A DNA stretch of 62,459 nucleotides, filler included, from Vermamoeba vermiformis (Eukaryota): the NCBI GenBank assembly GCA_045837725.1. It is 7 parts of 7 records of this genome, joined end to end, with 100 filler letters (N's around TTAATTAATTAA, not from the genome) between each part and the next. Parts side by side here need not be neighbours in the genome. Positions count along the whole stretch, not along the records: positions 59,785 to 62,459 come from JBEWZL010000295.1; 6 more parts are not named here. One strand, 5' to 3'. Below the pieces are notes generated by a model, which saw only the letters and a list, made by a program, of their open reading frames with translations, was not told where the DNA came from and ran no database searches. The translations under genes and the position numbers were made by a program. Of this stretch, positions 60,897-62,459 are shown piece after piece (within the stretch, counting starts at the first letter, position 1; every line of letters starts with the position of its first letter).

Positions 60897-62196
60897 TTAG
60901 TTAACAACGACTGGTTGATAGCCTTGTTCTTCAGGACTATTTTTAGCGTACTTCCATTTAGTCAAGCAAAAAGTGACCAAAATCAATAACAATCCACCAC
61001 CAATAGACGTAGATACGACTAATATAGTTCGATCATTTTCACAAAGGTCACCGTACTTCAATCCAGGACACAAACATTGCGTCGTGTTGGTGCATCCACC
61101 CCCGTGGGTTAAACAATCGGAGCAAGTGTATTGACAAGCAGATCCGTAATATTCAGGATAACACTTGTCGCATTTTCCAGTAACAGAATTACAATGGCCA
61201 TGCTCGCACGGGTCACATTTTTTGTCGCAATGATCGCCGTAATAGCCTTTATCGCAATCGCAGCCATAACCGGTGCAAGATCCGTGACCAGAACAGTCTT
61301 TACTATCATCGCAGAGTTTGGAGCAATCCTTATTAAAGCTACTTTAGTTTAATTGACTCGATATATTAATTCGTAGTGTTATTGTAATAAATAAAAATTG
61401 TTTTTTCGGACTGATCAGATTTGGGTCCATAAAGATGGCTTACCGATCCAGCATGGCCATTATAACACTTGCAATAACCATGTGAGTTGCAACTACCATT
61501 TCCAGTGCAGGTAGCGTTGGGCTGGCAAAAAGTTGAACAGTCGAATCCGTACCAGTTTGGCAAGCACTCGCAATAGTGCGTCTCTTGATTGCAACGCTGA
61601 TTTTTCTTACACAAATTGGGATTAATTGTGCACCAATCTATATTTCAATAGGTAAGTAATGATTCTTAGCGTTTGGTTAATTGAAACTTACACGAATCTA
61701 CATAAAGTGTAACCACAAACTCTGAAGATTCGTTTGTATATAAATTATATACACGAATATCGCAATGAAAATAGCCTAATTGCTTGATAAAGCTTGTATC
61801 CACCGCAATGGTGAAGTTGTACGAACTTTCTGGCTTTTGTACCGGATCGCCTACAAAATTAATCGATACTCCGTTAAGAGTACCTATTGAATTAGTTAAT
61901 TATTTAATAATGTTAATTAAATCAAAATTTAAATAGGGTGCATTGCATTCGCAATCGTGATTTTTTATGAGCCGAAATTAATTAAAAAAAAAAAACAGAT
62001 TTGACTTACAATTAGCAGACAGAGGAGCTATTTCGTAATACAATGGCTTATCATCGACAAGTTGAAATGCCTTATGTGCAGTTGTATTCGTAGGAAGGGA
62101 GATCCACCAATCAATTTTATTTGTTGGCTCCCAATGCATCGCCCAAGCTCCGGCGAGCATTAAAATAAATATTACGAGGCTAAATATACCTCGCAT
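60897..62196 (-). CDS. EGF-like-repeat type I membrane protein, paralog A
   Basis: Signal MRGIFSLVIFILMLAGAWA; CECLPNWYGFDC..CTGNGSCNSHGYCKCYNGHAG; TM ILVVSTSIGGGLLLILVTFCL; tail EQGYQPVVN*. Confidence 0.8.
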
Positions 62197-62459
62197 AGTT
62201 ACTATGTGTATATTCAAGTGATTTCAAACGAACAAAAGAACTTAAACGTTTTCAGACCGTTTTTTCGAATTTTCGGTTCGGCCTTCTTGGGCGTGTGTAA
62301 AATAATCAAAATTCCGGAATTATTCTGGCCAAATTTTTTTTTGGGTTTTTTCTGGTTCGCGTGCAACATTGGACATGATATTCGATATCGAAAATGATCG
62401 GATCTTAGGATTTGGTATTTTTTTGAAATTTATTAAACAAAATTACGGTTATTATTGGC

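Overview
Eukaryotic, gene-dense DNA with many short AT-rich GT-AG introns; probably an amoeboid protist (inference from Roco kinase, HRDLAARN receptor kinases and Asn-rich inserts). The window is seven contigs joined by six artificial 100-bp spacers (44 N + TTAATTAATTAA + 44 N), so adjacency across spacers is unproven. In order: two unknown genes, RMI1, a DUF4419-LRR gene, a membrane-anchored intradiol dioxygenase-like gene, a secreted nucleosidase, five tandem receptor tyrosine-kinase-like genes with an unrecognised ectodomain, an F-box fragment, a CpG-decayed repeat contig with tRNA-derived SINE-like heads, a nuclease-like+kinase gene, a CpG-depleted LRR-Roc-COR-kinase-OTU gene next to a TTAA-flanked MITE, DGAT2, a catalytically dead alkaline phosphatase, an MDR oxidoreductase, TPR and ankyrin genes, a probably mitochondrial TrhO + O-methyltransferase fusion, a HECT fragment and two EGF-repeat genes. 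Best novelty candidates: the TrhO-OMT fusion (possible one-polypeptide mo5U34 synthase), the Roco-OTU gene with variable LRRs and a CpG boundary, the receptor kinase array and the pseudo-phosphatase. Gene models were spliced by eye, and family calls rest on remembered motifs, not database searches.
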